Source: Marinobacter antarcticus (lineage in GTDB: Bacteria; Pseudomonadota; Gammaproteobacteria; Pseudomonadales; Oleiphilaceae). Taken from it: a stretch of 64,000 nucleotides of DNA. The notes beneath the pieces were generated by a model. It saw nothing but the letters and a program-made list of their open reading frames with translations, did no database searches and was not told where the DNA came from. Positions 17,173-26,566 of the stretch are shown one piece after another (position 1 is the first letter of the stretch; each line of letters begins with the position of its first letter). The stretch covers positions 11,952 to 75,951 of the forward strand of contig NZ_DRGY01000100.1 in the NCBI RefSeq assembly GCF_011049865.1. The letters run 5' to 3'. The position numbers were made by a program, and so were the translations under genes.

Positions 17173-20100
17173 TCAGACTTCAACATCGTTACGTTCGGCA
17201 GCGAACCACCGGTAGATACTCGGCAACACCAACAGTGTCAGCAGGGTTGACGTGATCAGCCCCCCGACAACCACAGTGGCAAGTGGGCGTTGCACATTGG
17301 AGCCAATGCCGTCCGCCAGCAACAGAGGTATCAGCCCGAGAATGGCAACGGTTGCGGTCATCAGAACCGGTCGCAAACGTCGCTCGGCACCGAGTTTGAC
17401 CGCTTCAATAACCTCATAGCCCTCATCCCGAAGCTGGTTGATATAACTCACCATCACCACGCCATTGAGCACTGCGACGCCAAATACTGCGATAAAACCA
17501 ACCGCTGCCGGCACGGACAGGTAAAGACCGCTGACAAACAGCGCGACAACCCCGCCAGTGATCGCAAACGGAACGTTGAGGAATATCAGGCTGGCGTAAC
17601 GCAGGCTGCTGAATGCGGAGAACAACAGCAGGAAAATGAGGCCAAGGGTGATGGGCACGACGATTTGCAAACGGGCCATGGCTCGCTGCTGATTTTCGAA
17701 CTGACCACCGAATTCCACAAAATAACCCGGTGGCATTTCCATCTCCTCAGCGATTCGCTGCTTAAGGTCTGCCACCACGCTGCCCATGTCGCGACCGCGC
17801 ACGTTCATTTGCACATACAGCCGACGACTGGCATTGGAACGTGAGATCTTTTTCGGCCCGGAGTAGGTCTCCACGCTGGCAATACGTGACAACGGAATCA
17901 TTTCTCCTTTTGCACCGCGCATCGGCATGTTCCGGATCGCATCAATGGAACCACGGGATTCTTCCTGCAAGCGGGCAAAAATCTCGAAGCGGCGCACACC
18001 ATCGAACACAAGGCCCGCTGCCTGACCACCGATGCCGGTTTCAACCGTATTCATCACGTCGTTCACACTGATACCGTATTGCGCCAATGCATCACGGTCC
18101 GGGCGAATGACAATCTGCTTTTTGCCGGCTAGTTGCTGAGTGCGAACATCCGTTGCGCCGGGAACCTGGCGGGCGAGGGCGGCAATTTCTTTGCCAATAT
18201 CACCAAGCTTTTTCAGATCGTCACCGAAAACGCTCGCAACCAGCTGCGCCTGAACGCCAGACAAGAGCTCGTCGGTACGCAACTGGATAGGTTGGGAAAT
18301 ATTGTTGGCAAGGCCGGGTATCTGATCATTTACCGCTTCTGCAATCTGGCTTTGCAATTCCTCGTAGCTGATGTCTGACCGCCACTCATCAAGGGGTTTC
18401 AGAACCACCATGGTAGCAACCACGTTGACCGGTTCCGGATCGCCGCCCACTTCTGCGCGACCGACGCGAGCATAACTACCGGTAATTTCGGGGAAATCAC
18501 CCAGCACTTCCTGGATTTTTTTGCTGTAGCTTATTGCCGAGTCCAGGCTCGCGCCGGGTGGTAATGTTGAACGAATCTGGAAGTTGCCCTCCCGCAAGGT
18601 GGGTACGAACTCGCTGCCCAAGAAGGGGAACAGGGTCAAACTTCCCAAAAACAGGACAAGCGCTATCCCCATGACCAGTTTGGGTGTTTTAACAACGTTT
18701 CGCAGGATGGGCCGATAAGCCGCGCTCAACCATCCAACCAGGCGGGGCTCTTTGTGCTTGATGCCCATCTTGAACGCCAGCGAACTCAGTACCGGCACCA
18801 CCGTCAGTGCCAGTATGAGCGAACCCAGAAGGGCGAAGCAGATTGCATAAGCCATCGGTGAGAACAGCTTGCCTTCAACGCCTTCCAGCGTGAACAGCGG
18901 CAGAAAAACAATAATGATGATGCCGATGCCGAATACAATCGGCCGGGCGACCTCCCGGGCCGCTTCACCCACCAGACGTATCATGCTGACGTTTTCTTCC
19001 GAACGCTCCTCAAGATGACGGAAAATATTCTCGATCATCACCACGGCACCGTCCACCATCATGCCAATGCCAATCGCCAGCCCACCCAGGCTCATCAGGT
19101 TGGCGGACAAACCCGCGAACCTCATGCCAATGAATGCCACCAGAACTGAAAGGGGTAGGGTAGCCACGACAATAAGAGTCGAGCGCAGATTTCCAAGAAA
19201 CAGATACAGAAAGATGACAACAAGCGCTATGCCCTCAAGCAATGCCTTTTCTACGGTACCGATGGCTTTTTCCACCAGCGTTGCCTGGGAATAGTACGGT
19301 TTTATTGACAGTCCTTTCGGCAGGGATTGATTGAGCGCCGCTATTTTGGTGTCGGTGTCCCGAAGAACCTGGCTGGTATTGGTATCGATCAGCTTCATGA
19401 TGTAACCACCGACGGATTCCTCGCCTAACGATATTTCAGCACCGCGACGTATTGCCGGCCCCAGCTCAATGTCAGCCACGTCATTGAGATAAACCGGTGT
19501 GCCTTCCCGTTCTGCGACCAGTGTTTGCCGCAAATCCTCAAGCCCTTTTTCACCGGGGCTGACCCAGCCATAGCCGCGCACAATGTATTCTTCACCGCCG
19601 CGGGTAATAAAGGAGGCACCGACATTCCTGTTGCTCGCGACAATGGCCTCCCGAGCGTCTGTCACGGTGAGACCACGGGCCTGCAACGCGCGGGCGTCAA
19701 GGTTGACCTGGTACTGTTTTACTTCGCCACCGATAGACAGCACACCGGTGACGCCCGGAACAGTTTTGAGCTGGGGCTTTATGATCCAGTCCTGAATCGT
19801 CCGCATCTCTTCCAGCGAAAAATCGGCTCCCTCTTCTTGAACCAGCGAATACATCATGATGCGACCGAGGCCGGTGCTGATAGGGCCAAGTTCGGGTTCG
19901 CCCATTCCCGCCGGTATCTGTCGGACGGCCTCATCAAGCCGTTCCATGACCAGGCGCCGCGCAAAATAGATGTCCGTGCCATCTTCAAAGTAAACGGAAA
20001 CCCGTGAAAGCCCGAAAATGGAAGTGCTTTGAACTCTCTCAAGTCCAGGAATCCCATACATGCTTACTTCCACGGGATAGGAAATAAGCGTCTCAACATC

Positions 20101-20277
20101 AACAGGTGAAAGACCGGGACTTGTGGTGAAAATCTGAACCATCGTCGGCGTTGCATCGGGAAAGGCATCAACCGGTAGTTTGTTGAACGAAAAATACCCG
20201 GCCAGCGCAACGCCAATCACAAAGACGATCACCAATAGCCGATTAGCCAGGGCGTAATTAACAAGAGCGTTTATCAT
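17173..20277 (-). CDS. czcA: Heavy-metal RND transporter, CzcA/CusA family (system 1)
   Basis: Motifs PVDAFPDAT, SLGGLAIGIGMMVDG, ERRLRPVLMTA; 1034 aa. Confidence 0.95.
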   Translation of the reverse strand: MINALVNYALANRLLVIVFVIGVALAGYFSFNKLPVDAFPDATPTMVQIFTTSPGLSPVDVETLISYPVEVSMYGIPGLERVQSTSIFGLSRVSVYFEDGTDIYFARRLVMERLDEAVRQIPAGMGEPELGPISTGLGRIMMYSLVQEEGADFSLEEMRTIQDWIIKPQLKTVPGVTGVLSIGGEVKQYQVNLDARALQARGLTVTDAREAIVASNRNVGASFITRGGEEYIVRGYGWVSPGEKGLEDLRQTLVAEREGTPVYLNDVADIELGPAIRRGAEISLGEESVGGYIMKLIDTNTSQVLRDTDTKIAALNQSLPKGLSIKPYYSQATLVEKAIGTVEKALLEGIALVVIFLYLFLGNLRSTLIVVATLPLSVLVAFIGMRFAGLSANLMSLGGLAIGIGMMVDGAVVMIENIFRHLEERSEENVSMIRLVGEAAREVARPIVFGIGIIIIVFLPLFTLEGVEGKLFSPMAYAICFALLGSLILALTVVPVLSSLAFKMGIKHKEPRLVGWLSAAYRPILRNVVKTPKLVMGIALVLFLGSLTLFPFLGSEFVPTLREGNFQIRSTLPPGASLDSAISYSKKIQEVLGDFPEITGSYARVGRAEVGGDPEPVNVVATMVVLKPLDEWRSDISYEELQSQIAEAVNDQIPGLANNISQPIQLRTDELLSGVQAQLVASVFGDDLKKLGDIGKEIAALARQVPGATDVRTQQLAGKKQIVIRPDRDALAQYGISVNDVMNTVETGIGGQAAGLVFDGVRRFEIFARLQEESRGSIDAIRNMPMRGAKGEMIPLSRIASVETYSGPKKISRSNASRRLYVQMNVRGRDMGSVVADLKQRIAEEMEMPPGYFVEFGGQFENQQRAMARLQIVVPITLGLIFLLLFSAFSSLRYASLIFLNVPFAITGGVVALFVSGLYLSVPAAVGFIAVFGVAVLNGVVMVSYINQLRDEGYEVIEAVKLGAERRLRPVLMTATVAILGLIPLLLADGIGSNVQRPLATVVVGGLITSTLLTLLVLPSIYRWFAAERNDVEV

Positions 20278-20288
20278 ATATCGAAACC

Positions 20289-21512
20289 TTAGTGGCCGTG
20301 GCTGGCGCTACGATTCTTGGCAGTGAGCGCGGACATGAGATCAAAAGCGCCTTTCGCGACGACAGGCTGGCCGCTACGAAGACCGCTACGAATTTCAATC
20401 CATCCGTTTGCTTCGGTCCCGATCCTGACGGGGGTCGCCTTGTACTCGCCTTGCTCTTCGCCGGGCACAAACACAACATCGCGCCCTTCAACGGTCTGAA
20501 CAGCGTCTCGTGGAACCAGCGGTAACGCCCCATTGGTTTGAGCCGACATAACCGCCGTGCCAAACATACCGGGCCGCAAATAGCCTTCAGGTGTGTCAAT
20601 TTCCGCTCGCGCCAGAACGGTGCGACTGGTTTCGTCCAACTGTGTGGATATCCAGGAAATCTGGCCGTTATAGGCGCGGGATGCGCCGGGCTGTAACTGG
20701 ATTCTAACCGTGTCCCCGAGCGCCAACTGACCGATAGCAGACTCTGACACCCTGATCATGGCCCAGACTTTCCGATTGTTAACAACCATAAAAGGCGTGT
20801 CGGAAGATGATAAAGTTTGCCCGATCATCACATCCTTTTTTTCAAGCACACCGTTGATTGGCGATTTAAGGGCATAGCTGGCCAGACTCGCTGTGTCGGA
20901 TTCTGCTGACGATACGCCGTAAGCCTTCAACTCCTCCCTGGCGGCATTCAGCTCGGCGGACATAGTCAGAAAACGGGCTTTGGCTGAGAGAAACTCTTCT
21001 TCACTGGATATGCCCTGGTTCTGCAGTGATCGTTCACGTTTGTACTCGGCCTCGGCCGCCGCTTTTCTTGCGGTCAATGACTGCATGCGCGCCCGTACTT
21101 TTGCCAGAGCCACACTATTGAGCGTTGCGATGGTGTCGCCTTTGGAGACTTTGTCACCAAGATCTACCAGGATTTCTGACACTTTTGCCTCAAGAAGCGG
21201 GCCAACCTTCGCGACGAGATCCGGCACAAACATAATTTCCACGGGGGCTCTGACCGTCTCGTTCGCACGACCTGACGAGGCGGGCGAAACGTTAATATCC
21301 AGAAGGTTTTGCTGAGCTTCCGTCAGATGTACCGCCCCCTCTTCTTCACGTTGTTCTTGTTGGTTTACTTTCTCATTGCCGTGCTTGCTTTCACCTTGAT
21401 GGGACGCTTCTGCGCTGCCCTCATTGTCTACCTCCTGGGCCGCAGGCACGCCAGAAAAAAGAAGGGTAGCGGCAAACAGAGTTAACGGAAAAGCCCGGGT
21501 TATCTGCAACAT
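20289..21512 (-). CDS. czcB: RND membrane fusion protein (CzcB type)
   Basis: LKSPING, LDETSRT, LRPGMFG; His/Glu-rich N-terminus. Confidence 0.92.
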   Translation of the reverse strand: MLQITRAFPLTLFAATLLFSGVPAAQEVDNEGSAEASHQGESKHGNEKVNQQEQREEEGAVHLTEAQQNLLDINVSPASSGRANETVRAPVEIMFVPDLVAKVGPLLEAKVSEILVDLGDKVSKGDTIATLNSVALAKVRARMQSLTARKAAAEAEYKRERSLQNQGISSEEEFLSAKARFLTMSAELNAAREELKAYGVSSAESDTASLASYALKSPINGVLEKKDVMIGQTLSSSDTPFMVVNNRKVWAMIRVSESAIGQLALGDTVRIQLQPGASRAYNGQISWISTQLDETSRTVLARAEIDTPEGYLRPGMFGTAVMSAQTNGALPLVPRDAVQTVEGRDVVFVPGEEQGEYKATPVRIGTEANGWIEIRSGLRSGQPVVAKGAFDLMSALTAKNRSASHGH

Positions 21513-21584
21513 ACTTTAACTCTCAGTTGAAATGGATACGGTCGGAAAGGGGGTTTGGCTGGTGGCTCCTGATATCTGCAAACG

Positions 21585-22910
21585 TCACTGGCCGCTGCCG
21601 GAGGCCATGACAATGCCACCGCCGGTGCTGATTTCGAGCGCCTTTACCGACGCGATGTAATCACTTTGGGCCTCGATGTACTCATTGCGTACGGAGATCA
21701 AACTATTCTGGGCGGCAAGGACATCGGTTGTACCGACCTTGCCGGCACGAAATGCTGTCTGCATCAGTTCAAGCGTTTCCTCTGACCGTTTGAGGATAGA
21801 GGCGCTCATCTGTTCAAGTTGGGCTGTGGCTGCACGGTATTTTGCCTGCGCTCTCAAGACGCCGATTTTAATACTGAGACGCAATTGCTCGGATCTGACT
21901 TCGGCGGCTTTAAGTTCTGCACTCGCGCGCTTCACCTCGCCACCGAATCGGTGAACGGTTGGCAGGGGCACTGAAATACCACCGCCAATGATGTTGCTGC
22001 CCTCTTCGCGGTCAAAAAAACCAAACACTCGCAAATTAGGTATTGTCTGATTCTGCGCCAGATCAAGACCTGATTCTGCCGAGCTGACAAGTGCCATGGC
22101 GGCCTGCAAGTCGGTTCTGCGACTTAACGCAAGCTCTACTAACTGGTTTTCCGGGGGCAAGCTTTCGAAGTCCAGTGAGATATTGCCGTCCACCCGTATG
22201 GGTTCCTGAGGGTCAACGCCAAGCACTTCACTTAAGGCTAATCGTGATTCTTCAAGCTGTCTCTGTGCGGCGGCCTCCTGATTTTTGGCGCGGGCAAACC
22301 CAATAACCGCGGTATTCAACTCAAGCCGTGTTCGCTTACCCTGATTTACCGAAATACGCATCAGTTCACGAGTTCTGGACATAAGGTCGATGGTTCGCTT
22401 TGCTGTCTCAAGGGACTCTCTCGCCAGAAGAATATCGAAAAAGGCCGCCCGCACCCGGGCACCGATTGCCCGTCTCAGGAAGTCATACTCGAGTTCGGCC
22501 GAGGACAACTGTCCGCTGGCGACTTTCTCGCTCAAATCAGCTTTGCCCGCGGTCCAGAATTCCTGGGACAGGCGAATTCCATAATCAGTTGAGGTTTGTG
22601 ATCTATTTGACCGGCGACCGCCGCTGAGTTCTAACTCGGGGTTGCTGGGAACAATGCGGCGGGCGTGCTGAACATCCCCCGTGAACATGCCAATGCGCGC
22701 TTTTTGCCCGGCGAGTGCCGGATTGTTGTTGTAAGCTTTTGCAATCGCTTCATTGAGAGTTAATGTTAACGACGGCTGGCTGGCTTTGTACGCTTTCAGG
22801 GAAACGCTGTTCTGCGCTGCCACTGGAAAAGACACCAGGCCTGCTAACGCAATAGCGAGCATGGGGAAAAATCGTTTTGAGGTTCGCCTCATAGACTTAT
22901 ATTCCGTCAC
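21585..22910 (-). CDS. czcC: Outer membrane factor (CzcC/TolC type)
   Basis: Signal peptide; two OEP repeats; PNLRVFG...GGGISVPLP; first gene of the CBA operon. Confidence 0.88.
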   Translation of the reverse strand: MTEYKSMRRTSKRFFPMLAIALAGLVSFPVAAQNSVSLKAYKASQPSLTLTLNEAIAKAYNNNPALAGQKARIGMFTGDVQHARRIVPSNPELELSGGRRSNRSQTSTDYGIRLSQEFWTAGKADLSEKVASGQLSSAELEYDFLRRAIGARVRAAFFDILLARESLETAKRTIDLMSRTRELMRISVNQGKRTRLELNTAVIGFARAKNQEAAAQRQLEESRLALSEVLGVDPQEPIRVDGNISLDFESLPPENQLVELALSRRTDLQAAMALVSSAESGLDLAQNQTIPNLRVFGFFDREEGSNIIGGGISVPLPTVHRFGGEVKRASAELKAAEVRSEQLRLSIKIGVLRAQAKYRAATAQLEQMSASILKRSEETLELMQTAFRAGKVGTTDVLAAQNSLISVRNEYIEAQSDYIASVKALEISTGGGIVMASGSGQ

Positions 22911-22950
22911 AGATTAAAAATTTCACCCAGATACCGAGGGTTAGCAGAAG

Positions 22951-22983
22951 CGAAACTTTAACCGACGAAACTTAATTAAACTT
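22951..22983. promoter_or_regulatory. Three AAACTT direct repeats upstream of czcC; possible OmpR-family binding site
   Basis: aaactt at 22953, 22968 and 22978 (15- and 10-bp spacing) between the response regulator and czcC. Confidence 0.3.
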
Positions 22984-23026
22984 GAACATTCAGGCAGGTA
23001 ACCGGAAAGACTTGAATGCGACCAGC

Positions 23027-23707
23027 CTATTTCCGTACGGCGTTATCCGGCCCGGAAAAATAATAGCCTTGGCCCCTCAGCGAGCGGATATACTCCTTAC
23101 CGACCATTTTTCTTAAACGAGTTATGTAGACCTGAATCACGTTCAATGTCGGACTGCGATCAATGTTATACAGTTCGTCGATAAGTTCCTCTATCGAGAA
23201 CACGCGCCCAGGACGGGCCATAAAGCAGCGCAGTAACCGATACTCGGTTGCTGTCAAGGTGTAACTGGTGCCTTCAGGACACTCCAAAGACCGGGTTTCA
23301 TCGTTGAGTGTAAAACCATAGGCCGATATCTGTGACGATACTCGCCCCTCGGAACGTCGCACAATAACCTCAAGCCTTGCCACAAGCTCTTCAAAATGAA
23401 AGGGCTTGGGAAGATAATCATCGGCACCAGCGCGAAGACCTTCGACCCGTTCCATCCATTTTGATCGGGCTGTTAGTAGCAGTACTGGTTCTTGGCGGTT
23501 CTCAAGACGCCACCTGCGTAGCAGGGTGAGGCCATCGGTCACAGGGAGGCCGATATCAAGAATTGCCACGCGGTAGGCTTCCGACTGAAACAGTACTTCC
23601 GCAGCGTGAGCCGTGGCTGCATGATCAACAGCGTACCCCGCCTGCTCGAGCTGCCCCATCAGTTTTTCAGCGAAAACCACCTCGTCTTCTACCAGCAGTA
23701 ATCTCAT
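23027..23707 (-). CDS. OmpR/PhoP-family response regulator
   Basis: MRLLLVEDE, ILDIGLP, LLLTAR, GADDYLPKPF, winged helix ending SLRGQGY. Confidence 0.93.
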   Translation of the reverse strand: MRLLLVEDEVVFAEKLMGQLEQAGYAVDHAATAHAAEVLFQSEAYRVAILDIGLPVTDGLTLLRRWRLENRQEPVLLLTARSKWMERVEGLRAGADDYLPKPFHFEELVARLEVIVRRSEGRVSSQISAYGFTLNDETRSLECPEGTSYTLTATEYRLLRCFMARPGRVFSIEELIDELYNIDRSPTLNVIQVYITRLRKMVGKEYIRSLRGQGYYFSGPDNAVRK

Positions 23708-23825
23708 TACAGCCTCCAAAAGGGAAAATAGGCATCAAAGTTATTTGCTGCAATAATAGGAACGTATTCAGTTGATGCTACATGAAAGTCGTTTTCGACA
23801 TCAGAGTATTACCGGGAGATATTGA

Positions 23826-25175
23826 TTGTTTCGACGTTCCATTCGTCTGGGATTGCTGGCCTCGCTTATGCCGTTGAGTTTTCTTGTCATGCTGGCGGTC
23901 TGGTTTGGTCATGAAGCCTTGCTGGAGCAGTTTTCACGCGATGTGAGGCAAGACATGTTGGCGCAGGAGTCCGACCAGCTTCAGAATCTGTTAACAAACT
24001 CTTACCCTGACACAGTAAGGGCCATAAAGAGCATTGAGAGCCTCGAGTTTGTTTTTCAGCATGCATTTGCGTTCAGAATAGGGCAGACGCTGTATTTTTC
24101 TGCTGGCGTTGATAAAGAGATAATGAGCCCGTTGCTCTCTGAAAAGACCCCCGGAGTTGTCTACATCAAGTCGGGTCAGCGGTCGCTGATAGGCTATCGG
24201 CGTACGTTCCGTACAAACCGCCTGCCTGTTGTGCTGGTGGTTGCTGAGACACAAACACCGCACTTAGCCGGATGGGAACGAGTTCATGTATCAATTGCCA
24301 TTCTGTCTGTTTTGCTTTTGATTGTTCTGTGGTGTGTGATTTTTCTGGCGGTCCATCTTGCGCTTTCGCCGGTATCCCGGGTTCGCAATGATCTAGCTGA
24401 TCTGCATTCCGGCAGGCGCGCTCGATTGCACAATACGGTACCTCAGGAATTTTCCGACCTGGTAAACGGATTTAATCGTTTGCTTGAAACTCTGGACGAC
24501 CGCCTTGAGCGTTCCCGCAGAACGATCGCCAACCTCTCCCACAGCGTTAAAACGCCGCTGGCCTCGGTGCTTGCTGTCCTCGAGGCGGATTCGTCGCACA
24601 TCAGCCCCGATGATCGTATCTATATGATAAAACAGTTGAGGTCATTACATAAAACACTTGACTCTCAAATGAGGAGAGGGGACGTGTCAGGCCCACAGAT
24701 AAGTCGTAGCACACAGGTCGTTGTTCTGACTGAGGACCTGGTGGACCTGGTTGGCCGAATGTTCCCGCAAAAGCAGTTCAGATTCTCCCCGAAGCCCGGT
24801 GTGCCGTTAAAATGGCAGGTCGATGAGCAAGACTTCAGTGAAGTCGCGGGAAATCTACTGGAAAATGCGGGTAAATGGTCGTTATCTGCTGTTGATCTTG
24901 CGCTTAGTACATCCACTGAGGGCCTGAATTTATCGATCAGCGATGACGGTCCTGGAATACAAGAAGAAGATCGGGAACGCTTGTTGGAGCGTTGGGTCCG
25001 GCTCGATGAACAAGGCAGCGGGTATGGGCTGGGGTTGAGTATCGTTAAAGAAATTGTGGATCGTTACGAGGGGCGTCTGGAATTTTCTGAATCTTCGCTG
25101 GGTGGCTTGCAGGTAAACGTACTTTTCCCCGGCCAAGCTGTAGAGGAATGCGAAAACGCGCGACGCTTCCCATAA
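23826..25175 (+). CDS. Sensor histidine kinase (PhoQ/CarS/BqsS-like)
   Basis: Two TM segments, HAMP domain, H-box NLSHSVKTPL, N-box GNLLENAGKW, DDGPG, GYGLGL. Confidence 0.92.
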   Translation: MFRRSIRLGLLASLMPLSFLVMLAVWFGHEALLEQFSRDVRQDMLAQESDQLQNLLTNSYPDTVRAIKSIESLEFVFQHAFAFRIGQTLYFSAGVDKEIMSPLLSEKTPGVVYIKSGQRSLIGYRRTFRTNRLPVVLVVAETQTPHLAGWERVHVSIAILSVLLLIVLWCVIFLAVHLALSPVSRVRNDLADLHSGRRARLHNTVPQEFSDLVNGFNRLLETLDDRLERSRRTIANLSHSVKTPLASVLAVLEADSSHISPDDRIYMIKQLRSLHKTLDSQMRRGDVSGPQISRSTQVVVLTEDLVDLVGRMFPQKQFRFSPKPGVPLKWQVDEQDFSEVAGNLLENAGKWSLSAVDLALSTSTEGLNLSISDDGPGIQEEDRERLLERWVRLDEQGSGYGLGLSIVKEIVDRYEGRLEFSESSLGGLQVNVLFPGQAVEECENARRFP

Positions 25176-25205
25176 GCACCGGGGTGGTGTTCTCATGCGA
25201 CTGGA

Positions 25206-25970
25206 TCAGCGTGGGAGGCGTCTCCAGTTAATTATTCCTGAGATTGCTAGCAGTAGAATGGCCAATGCTGACAAGTCAGATATCCACGGCCCAATGCCCA
25301 AAATACGCCCTGAATGGAGATCCAGCAGGAACTGCTGCAAAGAAATGCCGCCGCCCTGATAGGTATCAAGAAGCTGCTTTCTGACCGCCGCAGGTGTTGG
25401 GCGTTGACTTGACCAGGCAACCTGCTCGTTTACAGATGGGGCCTGGGTCCAGCTCAGAAACGACGAGGTCGTCCTGAATTGTCCGTTTGGCGTGTCAATA
25501 AAAAAAGAGTCGGCTTTCGAACCGAATTTCCGGATACGGCCGGGCAAATTTTCTTGCCCAAGGCGATCAATCAGCACGCCAGTTCGAGTCAAGAGGGTTA
25601 TCGAATCCGACGTCGCGGCTGCTAAAAAACCCGGGCCTTCAACAATACCCAAAAGCGGACTGTCGACGATTTGTTCGAGCTGTAGAGGTTCCTTGCCAAG
25701 AAATAGCTGACTGTTCATCCAGCTCACAAGCACACCACTATCGGTGTTAAAGCTGACAATTTCCTGTGGTCCGTTACTCAGTCCGTACCATCTCAGAAGT
25801 GGGGGCCAGGTCAGAACACTGTCTTCCATACCAACATCTTTCAAGTGGTTGATTGCAGTGCCGGTTGCTGCAATCAATATCAGGAAAACAGCTGAAACTA
25901 CACCGATATAGCGATGCGACAGGCGTAAAAATTTGCGCCGGGTTTGCCGGGAGCGTGTGAACGAAATCAC
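25206..25970 (-). CDS. PepSY-associated TM domain protein
   Basis: LSHRYIG...ATGTAINH at the N-terminus; LLDLHSGRILG at the C-terminus. Confidence 0.82.
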   Translation of the reverse strand: MISFTRSRQTRRKFLRLSHRYIGVVSAVFLILIAATGTAINHLKDVGMEDSVLTWPPLLRWYGLSNGPQEIVSFNTDSGVLVSWMNSQLFLGKEPLQLEQIVDSPLLGIVEGPGFLAAATSDSITLLTRTGVLIDRLGQENLPGRIRKFGSKADSFFIDTPNGQFRTTSSFLSWTQAPSVNEQVAWSSQRPTPAAVRKQLLDTYQGGGISLQQFLLDLHSGRILGIGPWISDLSALAILLLAISGIINWRRLPR

Positions 25971-26497
25971 GAGTCATTAACCAACTGGCTGTAATAGAGC
26001 GCTAAACGTGCCAATTTTTTGAGCGCGTAGACTGACAAGGTGGCACCGGTAATGCCGTCTACGGGTTGGTTGAGCGTTTTGCCGCCCTCAAGTTCCGCGC
26101 CTTTGAACTGATTCGTAAAAACGGGGTATCGAACTTCCCATCCTCTCGTCTCCCGGTACACGAGTACGTCCAGTTTACGAATGACATTGTTATCCACCAA
26201 TATACCGACAGTAATCGGACGTGCTTTGCCAACTTCCTCCAGTATCCAGGCAACCCGTGAACCTTGCTTCCAGTATCGTTCACGCAACGCGGCGGGTGGA
26301 TGCCCCAATACATCTGCGGCAACCGCCTTTTTTTCGCCCACAATCCATAGTGCGGCGGGTTCCGGGATATCACCGGCAAACGATTCTCTCAAAAATACCT
26401 GAGGTTCTTTATAAACCTCATCAGCCAGAAGGGGCATCGGAACAGACAGCAAAATGAGTACAAGCAAAAGGTGGGCGCGCCCAAGCGGGTAACTCAT
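25967..26497 (-). CDS. FMN-binding (flavinylation-motif) periplasmic protein
   Basis: RETRGWEV...FTNQF and VDGITGATLS, a DxxTGAT flavinylation motif; signal peptide. Confidence 0.82.
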   Translation of the reverse strand: MSYPLGRAHLLLVLILLSVPMPLLADEVYKEPQVFLRESFAGDIPEPAALWIVGEKKAVAADVLGHPPAALRERYWKQGSRVAWILEEVGKARPITVGILVDNNVIRKLDVLVYRETRGWEVRYPVFTNQFKGAELEGGKTLNQPVDGITGATLSVYALKKLARLALYYSQLVNDS

Positions 26498-26520
26498 GAG
26501 AACAACCTTATTATTGAATT

Positions 26521-26553
26521 CTGAGGCAGGCGCGGCACACGCGCCTGCCTCAG
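26521..26553. terminator. Perfect 14-bp stem-loop after the porin gene (terminator/attenuator or mRNA stabiliser)
   Basis: ctgaggcaggcgcg-gcaca-cgcgcctgcctcag. Confidence 0.6.
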
Positions 26554-26566
26554 ACAACACGGCATT

